Of a stretch of DNA of 64,000 nt, positions 20,691 through 29,976 are shown one piece after another. Position 1 is the stretch's first letter. Each line of letters starts with the position of its first letter. Origin of the DNA: Nitrosopumilus sp. (GTDB taxonomy: Archaea > Thermoproteota > Nitrososphaeria > Nitrososphaerales > Nitrosopumilaceae). A model generated the notes under the pieces. The model had not been told where the DNA came from. It made no database searches and worked only from the letters and a program-made list of their open reading frames with translations. Position numbers and translations under genes: made by a program. The stretch covers positions 1,472,001 through 1,536,000 of the forward strand of contig OZ243974.1 of NCBI GenBank assembly GCA_965214775.1, read 5' to 3'.

Positions 20691-23600
20691 TTACCAGAAT
20701 TGCCACCATGACTTTTGAACTGGTTTTTGAACAATCGTACATACTCCGTCAATTAGTTTGGTTCCATGTCCGCAAAATCCGAATCTCTTTTCTGGTTCAG
20801 GCCCCTTTGGTTCTGGTTCTTCAACTGTCTGCTCTTTCCCAGACGGTTCTTCAACTGTCTGCTCTTTCCCAGACGGTTCTTCAACTGTCTGCTCTTTCCC
20901 AGACGGTTCTTCTGACCCGACTGCCTGGTAAATTGAGTCGTATTCCGGATAGTTTTCATCGAACCATTTTTTGTAACCTGCCTCGTTGTTGTATCTCTCA
21001 ACATAGCTTTGAGGATCTTTTGACTCGTCAACAAACGGGGCGGGAACCTCCAACGGTTCCTCCAGTCCGACTGCCTGGTAAATTGAGTCGTATTCCGGAT
21101 AGTTTTCATCGAACCATTTTTTGTAACCTGCCTCGTTGTTGTATCTCTCAACATAGCTTTGAGGATCTTTTGACTCGTCAACAAACGGGGCGGGAACCTC
21201 CAACGGTTCCTCCAGTCCGACTGCCTGGTAAATTGAGTCGTATTCTGGGTATGCCTTATCAAACCAGTCCCTGTAACCTGCCTCGTTGTTGTATCTCTCA
21301 ACATAGCTTTGAGGATCTTTTGACTCGTCAACAAACGGAGCCAATCCTGACTCTTCTGGCTCTTTGACAGCTTTTGGCTCTTTGACAGGTTCTGTTCCCT
21401 TGATGGAATCATTTACATTTACGACAAGTGATTTAGAGTCAAACATTCCGTCTCTTCTTACTTCGACATCAAACGTGTAGGTTTTTCCGCCATCAGAACT
21501 TGTCGGAGTCCATGTGAACATTCCTGTATCTGAAATGATCTTGGCGCCTGCAGGTGCGTTCTTTAGGCCAAACACCAGACGGTCTTTGATTGCACTGTCT
21601 GTCAGTTTTACAGTAAATGACAATAGTTTTCCTTCATCTATTGACAGCGTTCCAACCGGACTAATCTCCAATCCCGCAATTCTTGGAGTAGCTGTTGATT
21701 CGTTTGACGGTTCGCTTGTCCCTGCCGCATTAATTGCTGAAACCCTGTACGTGTATTTTGAGTCAGTTACAAGCCCCGAATGGACATATGTCCCTGATCT
21801 GCTTTGCGTATCCTCGAGAACCGTACTAAAGCGTCCGTCGTCCCTTTTGGACTCGATTTTGTAGCCGGTAATCTCGGAATTTCCGTCATCTGTCGGCTCA
21901 CTCCACGTAAGTTTGACTGATTTTGCAGATTCAGTTTCTGCCCGCAATTTTATTGGCGGTGAGGATGTTGTAACTTGGACTTCAGTTGCAGTAATTGGCC
22001 CTTCTGATGCGTCTGTGGAATCCTCTCTAGGAGTTGCAGATGCAGTATTTGATTCCTCCGTCTCACCGAATCCGATATTTGCCACGACTGCATATGTGTA
22101 AGTCTTGTCAGTTGCCAAACCTGAAACAATAAATGTGGTGGTCTGTCCGTTCGTATCTCCAACACTGTCATAAACATCATCAATTATTTCTCGTTTAATT
22201 TCATACCCTCCAATTGCCTGACCAAATGTTTGAGACGGGGGCATCCATGACAGCTTTATCTGGCTAGGGGAAATTGCAGTTGCAGTCAATGCCGCAGGTG
22301 TTGTGGTATGATCGGGTTTTTCAGAAACCAGAGACGATGCATCGCTTGTTCCTTCAGAATTTATCGAGTAAACGCGATAATAATACGTCTCATTTTCCTC
22401 CAATCCATGATGAATAAACGAAGTTGTTTTGCTTTGAGTGTTTTCTGAAATTGTACTGTAATCCCCGGAACCGACTTTGTACTCGATTTTATATCCTGTA
22501 ATTTCTGGTACGGACTCGCCAAGTTCAGGCTCATCCCAGGTTAGAATTATTGATGTTGGAGAAACGGGTGATACCTTGGGATTTTTAGGCCTCTCGGGAG
22601 TCATTACTGCAGGCTCTGAACCAAGTGTTATGGCCTGAATTCTGCCGTTATTTGAGTCTGATACAAAGAGCAAACCGTTTGTCCTGTCTAACGAAATTCC
22701 CATTGGCGTGTCAAATTCTCCGTCTCCTGTGCCTGACACTCCGAATTCCTCAACAAAGCACACACCGTCAACAATCTCCTGGGTACCGCTTGGACATGTT
22801 ATGCCATCAATGATTTCAAAAGCCTGAATTCTGTTGTTAACCGAGTCTGCAACATACAGAATGCCATTTGAATCATCAAATGCCAGTCCTGCAGGACCAT
22901 GAAACTCCCCCCTGTCGCCTCCTCGGGTTCCGAATTCTTTAACATAACAAATCCCGTCGACTGATTTGACTGTGCCTCCTGGACATGTCGTACCGGCTAC
23001 AATTTCAAACATCACAACTCTGTCATTTCCAGAGTCTGCAACATACAGAATGTCATTTGGGTTGTCAATAACCATGCTGGATGGATTTACAAATTCATCA
23101 TTTTGATTAAAAGAACCAAAACTAAATTCAAAACTTCCCGCTGCATTGAAAACAGAAATGGAATCCCTCTCTGAATTTGAGACAAAGATATCTCTCGTCT
23201 CATCCTGAATTACTACTCCTTCTGCGCCCTCAAGATACTCGTCGTTTCCGCTGTCTGATGATCCAAATTTGAAAAGGAACTTTCCGTTACCATCAAACAC
23301 CTGGATTCTATGATTGCCTGCATCTACAACAAAAAATTTCCCAAAGGAATCAAGCGCCATGCTTAGCGGACTGTTAAACTGTCCGTCTCCATCATCCTTT
23401 GCCCCATCAGCGCCATCATTACAATCTTGAATCAGCGCCATATCGCAAAACGTTCCGTATTCAAACTTGTGATCTCCGTCATGCTCAAACACGTTGATTC
23501 TATTGCTGTTTTTATCTACGACATAGATCTCCCTTCCATCACTGCCAACTATGACATCTGTCGGATTGCCCAACGATTCTCCGTCTGTTCCAAGTTCTCC

Positions 23601-23696
23601 GAACTTGAAGGAAAATCCCATCTCTGCATGCGCTAATGGAATTGAAGCAACTGAAATTGTCACTAGAAATATGCTTAAAATGAGATTTTTTTCCAA
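20691..23696 (-). CDS. Secreted NHL beta-propeller + 3x FN3 + Ig/cadherin-like surface protein with C-terminal repeats
   Basis: Signal peptide, GQFNSP/YVADSGNDR NHL repeats, three LxW...YxYxV FN3 domains, ~50-aa repeats, WWQFW end. Confidence 0.9.
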   Translation of the reverse strand: MEKNLILSIFLVTISVASIPLAHAEMGFSFKFGELGTDGESLGNPTDVIVGSDGREIYVVDKNSNRINVFEHDGDHKFEYGTFCDMALIQDCNDGADGAKDDGDGQFNSPLSMALDSFGKFFVVDAGNHRIQVFDGNGKFLFKFGSSDSGNDEYLEGAEGVVIQDETRDIFVSNSERDSISVFNAAGSFEFSFGSFNQNDEFVNPSSMVIDNPNDILYVADSGNDRVVMFEIVAGTTCPGGTVKSVDGICYVKEFGTRGGDRGEFHGPAGLAFDDSNGILYVADSVNNRIQAFEIIDGITCPSGTQEIVDGVCFVEEFGVSGTGDGEFDTPMGISLDRTNGLLFVSDSNNGRIQAITLGSEPAVMTPERPKNPKVSPVSPTSIILTWDEPELGESVPEITGYKIEYKVGSGDYSTISENTQSKTTSFIHHGLEENETYYYRVYSINSEGTSDASSLVSEKPDHTTTPAALTATAISPSQIKLSWMPPSQTFGQAIGGYEIKREIIDDVYDSVGDTNGQTTTFIVSGLATDKTYTYAVVANIGFGETEESNTASATPREDSTDASEGPITATEVQVTTSSPPIKLRAETESAKSVKLTWSEPTDDGNSEITGYKIESKRDDGRFSTVLEDTQSRSGTYVHSGLVTDSKYTYRVSAINAAGTSEPSNESTATPRIAGLEISPVGTLSIDEGKLLSFTVKLTDSAIKDRLVFGLKNAPAGAKIISDTGMFTWTPTSSDGGKTYTFDVEVRRDGMFDSKSLVVNVNDSIKGTEPVKEPKAVKEPEESGLAPFVDESKDPQSYVERYNNEAGYRDWFDKAYPEYDSIYQAVGLEEPLEVPAPFVDESKDPQSYVERYNNEAGYKKWFDENYPEYDSIYQAVGLEEPLEVPAPFVDESKDPQSYVERYNNEAGYKKWFDENYPEYDSIYQAVGSEEPSGKEQTVEEPSGKEQTVEEPSGKEQTVEEPEPKGPEPEKRFGFCGHGTKLIDGVCTIVQKPVQKSWWQFW
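20815..21340. repeat. Intragenic tandem repeats: 30 bp x3 and 150 bp x3
   Basis: GGTTCTTCAACTGTCTGCTCTTTCCCAGAC x3; CCGACTGCCTGGTAAA recurs at ~20917, 21067 and 21217. Confidence 0.95.
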
Positions 23697-23804
23697 TTTA
23701 CATTACATTTACGCGCATTTTTATTAAATTAGAAAATAAATTTCACCACTCTTTTGCTAAATTGGCTTGAGCTAGATTTTGACGTGTTTTCTGGGTAATA
23801 GGAC

Positions 23805-23902
23805 AGCCCCTGCCTAGGCAGCAATCAGGCACGAATCTGTCCGCAGATGTGATTTTCATGCCTGACTGGCAAGGGACGTGACTCCAACTTTAGGCAGGGG
23901 CT
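23805..23902. mobile_element. Putative MITE family G
   Basis: AGCCCCTGCCTA...TAGGCAGGGGCT inverted ends; single copy in window. Confidence 0.55.
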
Positions 23903-25391
23903 ATCCTATTACTTTTCTGGCTTTGAGCACGATAATGGCTGGAAGTGCAACATACATTCCCAGATTCAACGCAATTACGGAGATTCCTAGTCCGAGTACC
24001 TCGATTTCAGAACCGCTATCAGCTAGTGTCATAATGGACAGAGTGGACACCATTGGAGTGATCAATGCTCTTACTGCTTTTTGAAGCATCGGATTTTCTC
24101 TTTCCAAATCAGCAATTGTCGGTGAGAATGAATAGTAAACCTGGTTAAAACCAGTCATAAAGGCAGCACCGGACGACGTGCTCATTACGGTGTTGTCTCT
24201 GACTTCTCTTAGGAACTGTACTTGGGGAGCTAGCTCGGTGCCATATGCTGCTGTTGCAACAAGACATCCTCCGCCTTGCGAATTATCCACAATAACACAA
24301 GTGTCACCAATCAGGTCAGTTCCTGCTCCGCATTCTCCAAATTCAGGCTCTTCTCCTTTTTCTCCTTTTTCTCTTGTTGGCTCCTCTGACCCGACTGCCT
24401 GGTAAATGGAGTCGTATTCCGGATAGTTTTCATCGAACCATTTTTTGTAACCTGCCTCGTTGTTGTATCTCTCAACATAGCTTTGCGGATCTTTTGATTC
24501 GTCAACAAACGGGGCGGGAACCTCCAGCGGTTCCTCTGACCCGACTGCCTGGTAAATGGAGTCGTATTCCGGATAGTTTTCATCGAACCATTTTTTGTAA
24601 CCTGCCTCGTTGTTGTATCTCTCAACATAGCTTTGCGGATCTTTTGACTCGTCAACAAACGGGGCGGGAACCTCCAGCGGTTCCTCTGACCCGACTGCCT
24701 TATTCTCTCTGGGTTCTGGCGTAACTGGGATGGGATCATTTACTGTGATTGTTATTGATTCTCTGTCAACCTGACTTGCTTTTGCAGCAACAATATCAAA
24801 TGTGTATTTTGCACCTGGTGAATTCCCGTGCGAACTAGATGGGATCCACGTAAATTTTCCTGTTTCAGAGTCAATTGTCGCTCCTGTGGGAGGATTTTTT
24901 TCAAGACTGTAAACAACCCCGTCTATCGAGTCATCTGTGATTCCTACAGTAAATGAGACTGTTTTTCCTTCATCTGTTGTTACATCCTGGATCGGTTTTA
25001 ACGTTAAGACAAAATCCGGAACTTGAAAAATTTTCTCACCATCATACTCTATCTTGACAGTCATTCCCTCGTTCTCTTTTTGATTATTTACAAATGCTGT
25101 TGCGTCATAGATTCCTGCACTTGAAAAGAGATCTGTAACTGATCTTGGAATAACTGAAAATTCACCCTGATCTGGTGCTGGATCTGAAAGCATGCCCTTG
25201 AATTTGCCCCCTGAATCACGTATTATCACAAAAACTGTCTCCTTTCCATCCTGTGATCCGATGAATTTGAAGCTCTCTGCATTTGTGTAAAAGTTCTTTT
25301 CTAGTTCAATTGAAGTAACTTGTGCATGGGCTGGAATAATCATTGCCAAGACTAGTGAAAACAATACTGCTCCTGCCATTCCTTTGTTCAT
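23901..25391 (-). CDS. Secreted Ig-like protein with 50-aa repeats and C-terminal CFI-box-CTERM sorting domain
   Basis: Signal peptide; GGGCLVATAAYGTELAPQVQFLREVRD...YYSFSP plus TM helix. Confidence 0.9.
   Translation of the reverse strand: MNKGMAGAVLFSLVLAMIIPAHAQVTSIELEKNFYTNAESFKFIGSQDGKETVFVIIRDSGGKFKGMLSDPAPDQGEFSVIPRSVTDLFSSAGIYDATAFVNNQKENEGMTVKIEYDGEKIFQVPDFVLTLKPIQDVTTDEGKTVSFTVGITDDSIDGVVYSLEKNPPTGATIDSETGKFTWIPSSSHGNSPGAKYTFDIVAAKASQVDRESITITVNDPIPVTPEPRENKAVGSEEPLEVPAPFVDESKDPQSYVERYNNEAGYKKWFDENYPEYDSIYQAVGSEEPLEVPAPFVDESKDPQSYVERYNNEAGYKKWFDENYPEYDSIYQAVGSEEPTREKGEKGEEPEFGECGAGTDLIGDTCVIVDNSQGGGCLVATAAYGTELAPQVQFLREVRDNTVMSTSSGAAFMTGFNQVYYSFSPTIADLERENPMLQKAVRALITPMVSTLSIMTLADSGSEIEVLGLGISVIALNLGMYVALPAIIVLKARKVIG
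24380..24700. repeat. 150-bp tandem repeat x2, shared with neighbouring gene
   Basis: Units at 24391 and 24541 are near-identical to those at 20917-21340. Confidence 0.95.
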
Positions 25392-25460
25392 GACGATCCT
25401 TTACCGTCTGGACTTTAAAAAAACTTGTATAATTTCTTCTATTGAGTTGCAAACATTTCT

Positions 25461-25877
25461 TTACAAATCAAGCAGGAATTTCATAAAAACCTCTTTTCCT
25501 TCCTTGATTTCCATTTCATAAAACGTTGGGGCTTTAATCTCCACTTTGAAATTATGTCTTTGAAAATCAAGATGTTCTCCAAACGCAGTAGCATTAATCT
25601 CGTATCCATTCTTTTCCCCAATTTCAAACTCCACTCTTCTAATTGCAAACCCTTCTGTAATCAATACAAACGTAATTTCTTCTAGCCAGCTGAATAGGAG
25701 GTATCTTAGATCCTTCCCTTTTGCTGAAAATTGCTTTTGTTCTTTTTCTTCTACTTTCTTTTGATCAAGCGTTAGGTTGATTACGGCATCTGCTGTCACT
25801 GAAAAAGCTTCTTTGAGATTTTTTGCTCTAACCTCGATTATTGCATCTGTTGCATGATCTAGGAATTTGTAGCTCAA
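25461..25877 (-). CDS. Archease
   Basis: YKFLDHATD, LLFSWLEE, EIKAPT, LLDL end. Confidence 0.93.
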   Translation of the reverse strand: MSYKFLDHATDAIIEVRAKNLKEAFSVTADAVINLTLDQKKVEEKEQKQFSAKGKDLRYLLFSWLEEITFVLITEGFAIRRVEFEIGEKNGYEINATAFGEHLDFQRHNFKVEIKAPTFYEMEIKEGKEVFMKFLLDL

Positions 25878-26127
25878 CTGATTGTTTTGAATCCTTTCTG
25901 ACTATTAATCTAGACTGCATTGTTTTGCTGAATCATGCACGTTATTTATGATTCAAAACACGTTTTTCTCCGTATCTGTACCTTGGGCAAACCGGTTTGA
26001 TCCTGAGACGGGCCATCTTTGGAGCAATTAACTGTTCTCAGTTGTCAACAACTTTGCTTGAAGCGTCACGAAATTTTGATTTGCATTAACCATAAAAAAG
26101 AAAAAAAATTTCCAACTTTGTTGGAAA

Positions 26128-26865
26128 TTAATTTATTCGCACAATGTCGATTTTAGCTACCGGACCATTCCACGCATGAACCCTGTTTTGCAGATCTTCA
26201 TCTCCCACAACGCCCGGATGCGGAATGATGATTCCATCTTCGGCAATTTCTGGGTTGCTTGCACCGGTTCCATCCTCGTCGGAACTGACTCCGATTGCAT
26301 CTTGACATGGAGGAACCAAATCAGCAAAGTCTTCGGTATTCATCTCCGTTCTTGCGTCAAATGCTTTGGCATAGACAGTTTTTTCCTTGTAGAATGGAAG
26401 CTTCACTGAATCTATTCCGGCAAATCCATCATTTGTACAAACTAGCATGCTTGCAAAGGATAGATACCTCATGTTGTCCTTGGCTGACACTGTAAAAGTC
26501 TCAGAATACCCCAATCCTGTATTGCCTGGGTCGTTTGCAGGAACTAGGGGGGCAGTTCCTTGAACAATGTCCAAAACACCTGCATTACTTTTGAGTTTCT
26601 CTACAAGCGGCTCAGAATTTCCATTTTCAGCTAGTTGACGGAGTTGCTCTGATGCCATCTTGCCTGGAGTAAAGACTTCAACATCTTTTGAATGGGTTGC
26701 CAAAAGCGGTGGTGTGATTGGCTGACCAGGTGTAAGATTAGTTATTGTAACTTCATACATCTGCGTCTTTGCTGCGTTAGACTCTGGAATTCCCGCAACA
26801 CCTACTGCTAGTATTGCCAGCAGTACTGTAGTTGCAAAAAGAAGTCCTGTCTTTTTTGATTTCAT
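26128..26865 (-). CDS. Secreted Spondin_N domain protein
   Basis: YEVTITNLTPGQP, LAENG, SMLVCTNDGFAG, DARTEMN. Confidence 0.85.
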   Translation of the reverse strand: MKSKKTGLLFATTVLLAILAVGVAGIPESNAAKTQMYEVTITNLTPGQPITPPLLATHSKDVEVFTPGKMASEQLRQLAENGNSEPLVEKLKSNAGVLDIVQGTAPLVPANDPGNTGLGYSETFTVSAKDNMRYLSFASMLVCTNDGFAGIDSVKLPFYKEKTVYAKAFDARTEMNTEDFADLVPPCQDAIGVSSDEDGTGASNPEIAEDGIIIPHPGVVGDEDLQNRVHAWNGPVAKIDIVRIN

Positions 26866-26930
26866 TGAAAGTGATACTCTAAAAAACAGTATTAAGGATT
26901 TTTCCACTTTATGTCCAAATCTTTCTTGCA

Positions 26931-27233
26931 TTATCTTCTTGTAATCCAAACAAGAATTGATAGTCCAATTGTTTGAACCGCATTTATTGCAAACAAATAG
27001 TCCGATACCATATCAGCTGACATCATCAGCACTTTATCATCCATGTATAGCGTTGACCAAAACAAAACTATCACAATGTTTTGAATCATTAATAGTACTG
27101 CAACTAAAACCAATCCCGAGGTATAATAGGATCTGATTATTCTCATGTTTTGAACATATGTGACGATTACAACTAAAAGTAGCCCCATATTCAAAAATGC
27201 AGAAATCACTGCAGCCAACATAAAGTCAATCAT
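26931..27233 (-). CDS. Small three-TM membrane protein
   Basis: Three hydrophobic helices; follows the ArsR-type regulator. Confidence 0.75.
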   Translation of the reverse strand: MIDFMLAAVISAFLNMGLLLVVIVTYVQNMRIIRSYYTSGLVLVAVLLMIQNIVIVLFWSTLYMDDKVLMMSADMVSDYLFAINAVQTIGLSILVWITRR

Positions 27234-27263
27234 GACACAATTCCTGCCTGTCTGCCTGCTAGT

Positions 27264-27578
27264 CTAGCCTGTTCCAATTTTCTCCATTATCTCCTCTAAC
27301 GTATCCTGATTTTCCTTCATAATGTCTGATAACTGGTATTTTGCACCATAGTCTTTTTCTGCTTTTTTTACAAGCTCGTTTTTTACTAGAATTTTGATGT
27401 GGTGTGCAACTGTTTTGTGATCAAGATTCAGGGTTGTTGATATTTTGTGTGCATTAAGGGGAGTTCCTTTGATTAAATTGAGGATTTTTGCCCTGTTTAC
27501 ACCTCCTCTTGTACCTGCAATAATACTCCACAGAACCATCTTGAATCTTGGATTAGTTGACGGGCTAGACCCGTTCAT
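27264..27578 (-). CDS. ArsR-family winged-helix regulator
   Basis: GTRGGVNRAKI...LDHKTVAHHIKIL...YGAKY archaeal ArsR signature. Confidence 0.85.
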   Translation of the reverse strand: MNGSSPSTNPRFKMVLWSIIAGTRGGVNRAKILNLIKGTPLNAHKISTTLNLDHKTVAHHIKILVKNELVKKAEKDYGAKYQLSDIMKENQDTLEEIMEKIGTG

Positions 27579-27708
27579 GCCTGAAAACATGTACCCTTTT
27601 GGAAAAATCCGTGGTAATGAAAATGAAGGTAATGCTATTGTTGCAGCTAACACTGATTGCTTGGGAACTGTATTGGATATAAAAAATTGCTTTTGTGATT
27701 TTTTCAAA

Positions 27709-28470
27709 TCACATTTGTGGTAGAACTTCTGCACTTCCAAACAACACACTGAATGCTTTGCACCAAATCAACACCTTGTTGTATTTGGCTAGATCTGTTC
27801 CTTCTGGGATATCATAGTTTTGGTTTCCTTTGTTTGCTTTGAGTTGGCCAAGATTAACAAAATCAGATGCATTGTCACTAGTTGCTAGGTAAACATACAA
27901 ATCTGGCCCATTAGTTGATCTGAAATTTTCCAATCTCAAAACATTACTGCCGTCTTCTAGCGGAATCGTATATGCGTCTCCTTGTGCATCATGAATGCCA
28001 TCCCCGACCCCAATGAATGTACCTGCATATGTCATTGGAATGCCATCTTCCTCATCCATCATCATCATCTTCTCTTCTGTCATGGATTCTTCCTCATCCA
28101 TCATCATCATCTTCTCTTCTGTCATGGATTCTTCCTCATCCATCATCATCATCTTCTCTTCTGTCATGGATTCTTCCTCATCCATCATCATCATCTTCTC
28201 TTCTGTCATGGATTCTTCCTCATCCATCATCATCATCTTCTCTTCTGTCATGGATTCTTCCTCATCCATCATCATCATCTTCTCTTCTGTCATGGATTCG
28301 TCAGATTTTTCCATCATTGCACTACTACTATCCTTGATTGGTTGTGTGATAGCTCCTGTTGGTATTGCTTCGTCAATTGATGATTCGGTAAAATATGGAG
28401 ATAATGCATAAGCTGCAATTCCTCCAGCAATTGCAATAATTGGAATTATTACAAATACCGCCTTGTTCAT
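27709..28470 (-). CDS. Membrane-anchored DM13 domain protein with Met-rich repeat
   Basis: HDAQG, NGPDLYVYL, GNQNY, IWCKAFSVLFG. Confidence 0.9.
   Translation of the reverse strand: MNKAVFVIIPIIAIAGGIAAYALSPYFTESSIDEAIPTGAITQPIKDSSSAMMEKSDESMTEEKMMMMDEEESMTEEKMMMMDEEESMTEEKMMMMDEEESMTEEKMMMMDEEESMTEEKMMMMDEEESMTEEKMMMMDEEDGIPMTYAGTFIGVGDGIHDAQGDAYTIPLEDGSNVLRLENFRSTNGPDLYVYLATSDNASDFVNLGQLKANKGNQNYDIPEGTDLAKYNKVLIWCKAFSVLFGSAEVLPQM
28046..28297. repeat. Perfect 42-bp tandem repeat x6 (EESMTEEKMMMMDE)
   Basis: TCTTCCTCATCCATCATCATCATCTTCTCTTCTGTCATGGAT x6. Confidence 0.97.
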
Positions 28471-28601
28471 GAGCTCATTTTGCTTATTTCGTATATATCA
28501 TATTTTCCAGTTTAGACCCCAATCTTTGGGAACAGAATATGATAAAACAACCTGATACCTACTCGTAAAGTAATTTAGTAAGATTTCGTTATCAGAAGCA
28601 A

Positions 28602-29186
28602 ATGGAACCATTTGACTCATTTCTAGTATGGATTTCTGATTTTCTAGGCAATCACCTCTATGAAGGAATCTTCCTTGCAGCCCTTCTTGAGACGATTGTT
28701 CCTCCTATCCCTACTTTGGCAGTTTTTCCAACAGCAGGATTTTTGGCAAGCCAACAAGGAATTCCTTTGATTGGAATCACTCCTATGATTCTTCTTGGCG
28801 CAATAGGTGCAACCATTGGCACTTCTGCAATATACTTGATTGCCCTTAAACTTGGGAGAGCTGTTTTGCTGCGTTATTTGAAATGTGTCAAGGTCTCTGA
28901 ATCAAAATTAGAACGTGTAGAGATTTGGTTTGAAAAGTATGGAGACAAGGCAGTATTTCTAGGAAGAATGGTTCCTGTTATGCGAGAGATGATTTCTGTT
29001 CCAGCTGGATTACTCAAAATGAGAATTCCAAAATTTGTTTTGTATACATTTGCCGGCTCTTTAATTTGGGCAACAGGAACAATTCTTGCTGGATACTATT
29101 TTGGCGAAGCCATTGGCCTTACCGCTAGTGAAATTACTACGGTTGATCACTCATATATGGCAAATAGGGGTGTGGGGGCCTGTTGA
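28602..29186 (+). CDS. DedA family membrane protein
   Basis: LETIVPPIP, WFEKYG, GRMVPVMR..ISVPAG. Confidence 0.92.
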   Translation: MEPFDSFLVWISDFLGNHLYEGIFLAALLETIVPPIPTLAVFPTAGFLASQQGIPLIGITPMILLGAIGATIGTSAIYLIALKLGRAVLLRYLKCVKVSESKLERVEIWFEKYGDKAVFLGRMVPVMREMISVPAGLLKMRIPKFVLYTFAGSLIWATGTILAGYYFGEAIGLTASEITTVDHSYMANRGVGAC

Positions 29187-29283
29187 GGTTTCTTGTAATA
29201 TCCCCACGCGCTCCGTACTGCTTGGCAACACCACTGCACATACCAGTGGGGGCCTGTTGAGGTTTCTTGTAATATCCCCACGC
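29172..29283. CRISPR. CRISPR-like minimal unit (2 identical 36-38 bp repeats, 1 spacer), no cas genes in window
   Basis: GTGGGGGCCTGTTGAGGTTTCTTGTAATATCCCCAC(GC) at 29172 and 29246; period 74; self-complementary termini. Confidence 0.4.
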
Positions 29284-29339
29284 CGCAGAACTTCCTTTTG
29301 CTGCATGTATGCAAGTAGTATGTCTTTTTTCCAACTGAT

Positions 29340-29660
29340 GGCTGATTCGAAATTAGCAGATTCTGATTATATATGAACGAATTCGCATAAACAGTCTTCC
29401 CAGAAGTTCCCCACAAGACGGCTCCAAACTCGAAACAATTCAGGCTGGACTGCCTGCAGGTCCGTATGTCACCGTCTGCATGGCCATTAGTCTGGTTACA
29501 TCTGTGAAGACTGTAGATGACAGCTCGGGTTCTGGAAGTCCAGGCACGGTTATGCAGCAGGCTATCCCAATCGGGGTTGTCCAAAAAATTTCCAATAGGT
29601 TGCCATGATCGAGCTCCCCGGCTGGCTTAAATATGACCTGATGATGCACGAAATTATGAC
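29340..29660. mobile_element. MITE cluster (H end, I 29392-29513, M end from 29573)
   Basis: GATTCGAAATTAGCA; CAGTCTTCCCAGAAG...GAAGACTG; GGGGTTGTCCAAAAAATTTCC (reverse complement of 3350-3370). Confidence 0.7.
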
Positions 29661-29785
29661 TAGTGGCAAGCCAGATGCAGTAGAAAAGGCAGTATTCTTG
29701 GCAAAGTTTCATAGTGGATTAGACGCTTCTACGCTTGTGGACAGATTCAATTCTGAGGCATGGCCTCAATTGGTGGGCCGGACAG
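29660..29785 (+). pseudogene. Probable tyrosine-recombinase fragment
   Basis: EKAVFLAKFHSGLDASTLVDRFNSEAWPQL resembles the box-I region of thaumarchaeal integrases (from recall). Confidence 0.4.
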
Positions 29786-29976
29786 GAACTGATCCTGCCA
29801 GACTACGAGCACGGGAGACTGGCCATTCATCTGGAGGCTGTAGAGCCAACCGCGGAGAGTCACATTTGGCCTCAGAATTGCCTCAAAACGAAGAATCTGG
29901 GATGCCGGTGTGATTTATGGTTAAAGTGCGATTTGACAGAACGCCTTGTGAGTCACGAGGAAAAAAACTACCAAAG

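Noticed and set aside
20660-21412. Repetitive 235-aa and 219-aa alternative ORFs; possible CRISPR or DGR
   Set aside because: Shadows of the coding 150-bp repeat; no spacers, no adenine-specific variation and no reverse transcriptase
27982-28411. Poly-His and poly-Ser/Ile ORFs
   Set aside because: Antisense readings of the Met-rich repeat in the DM13 gene
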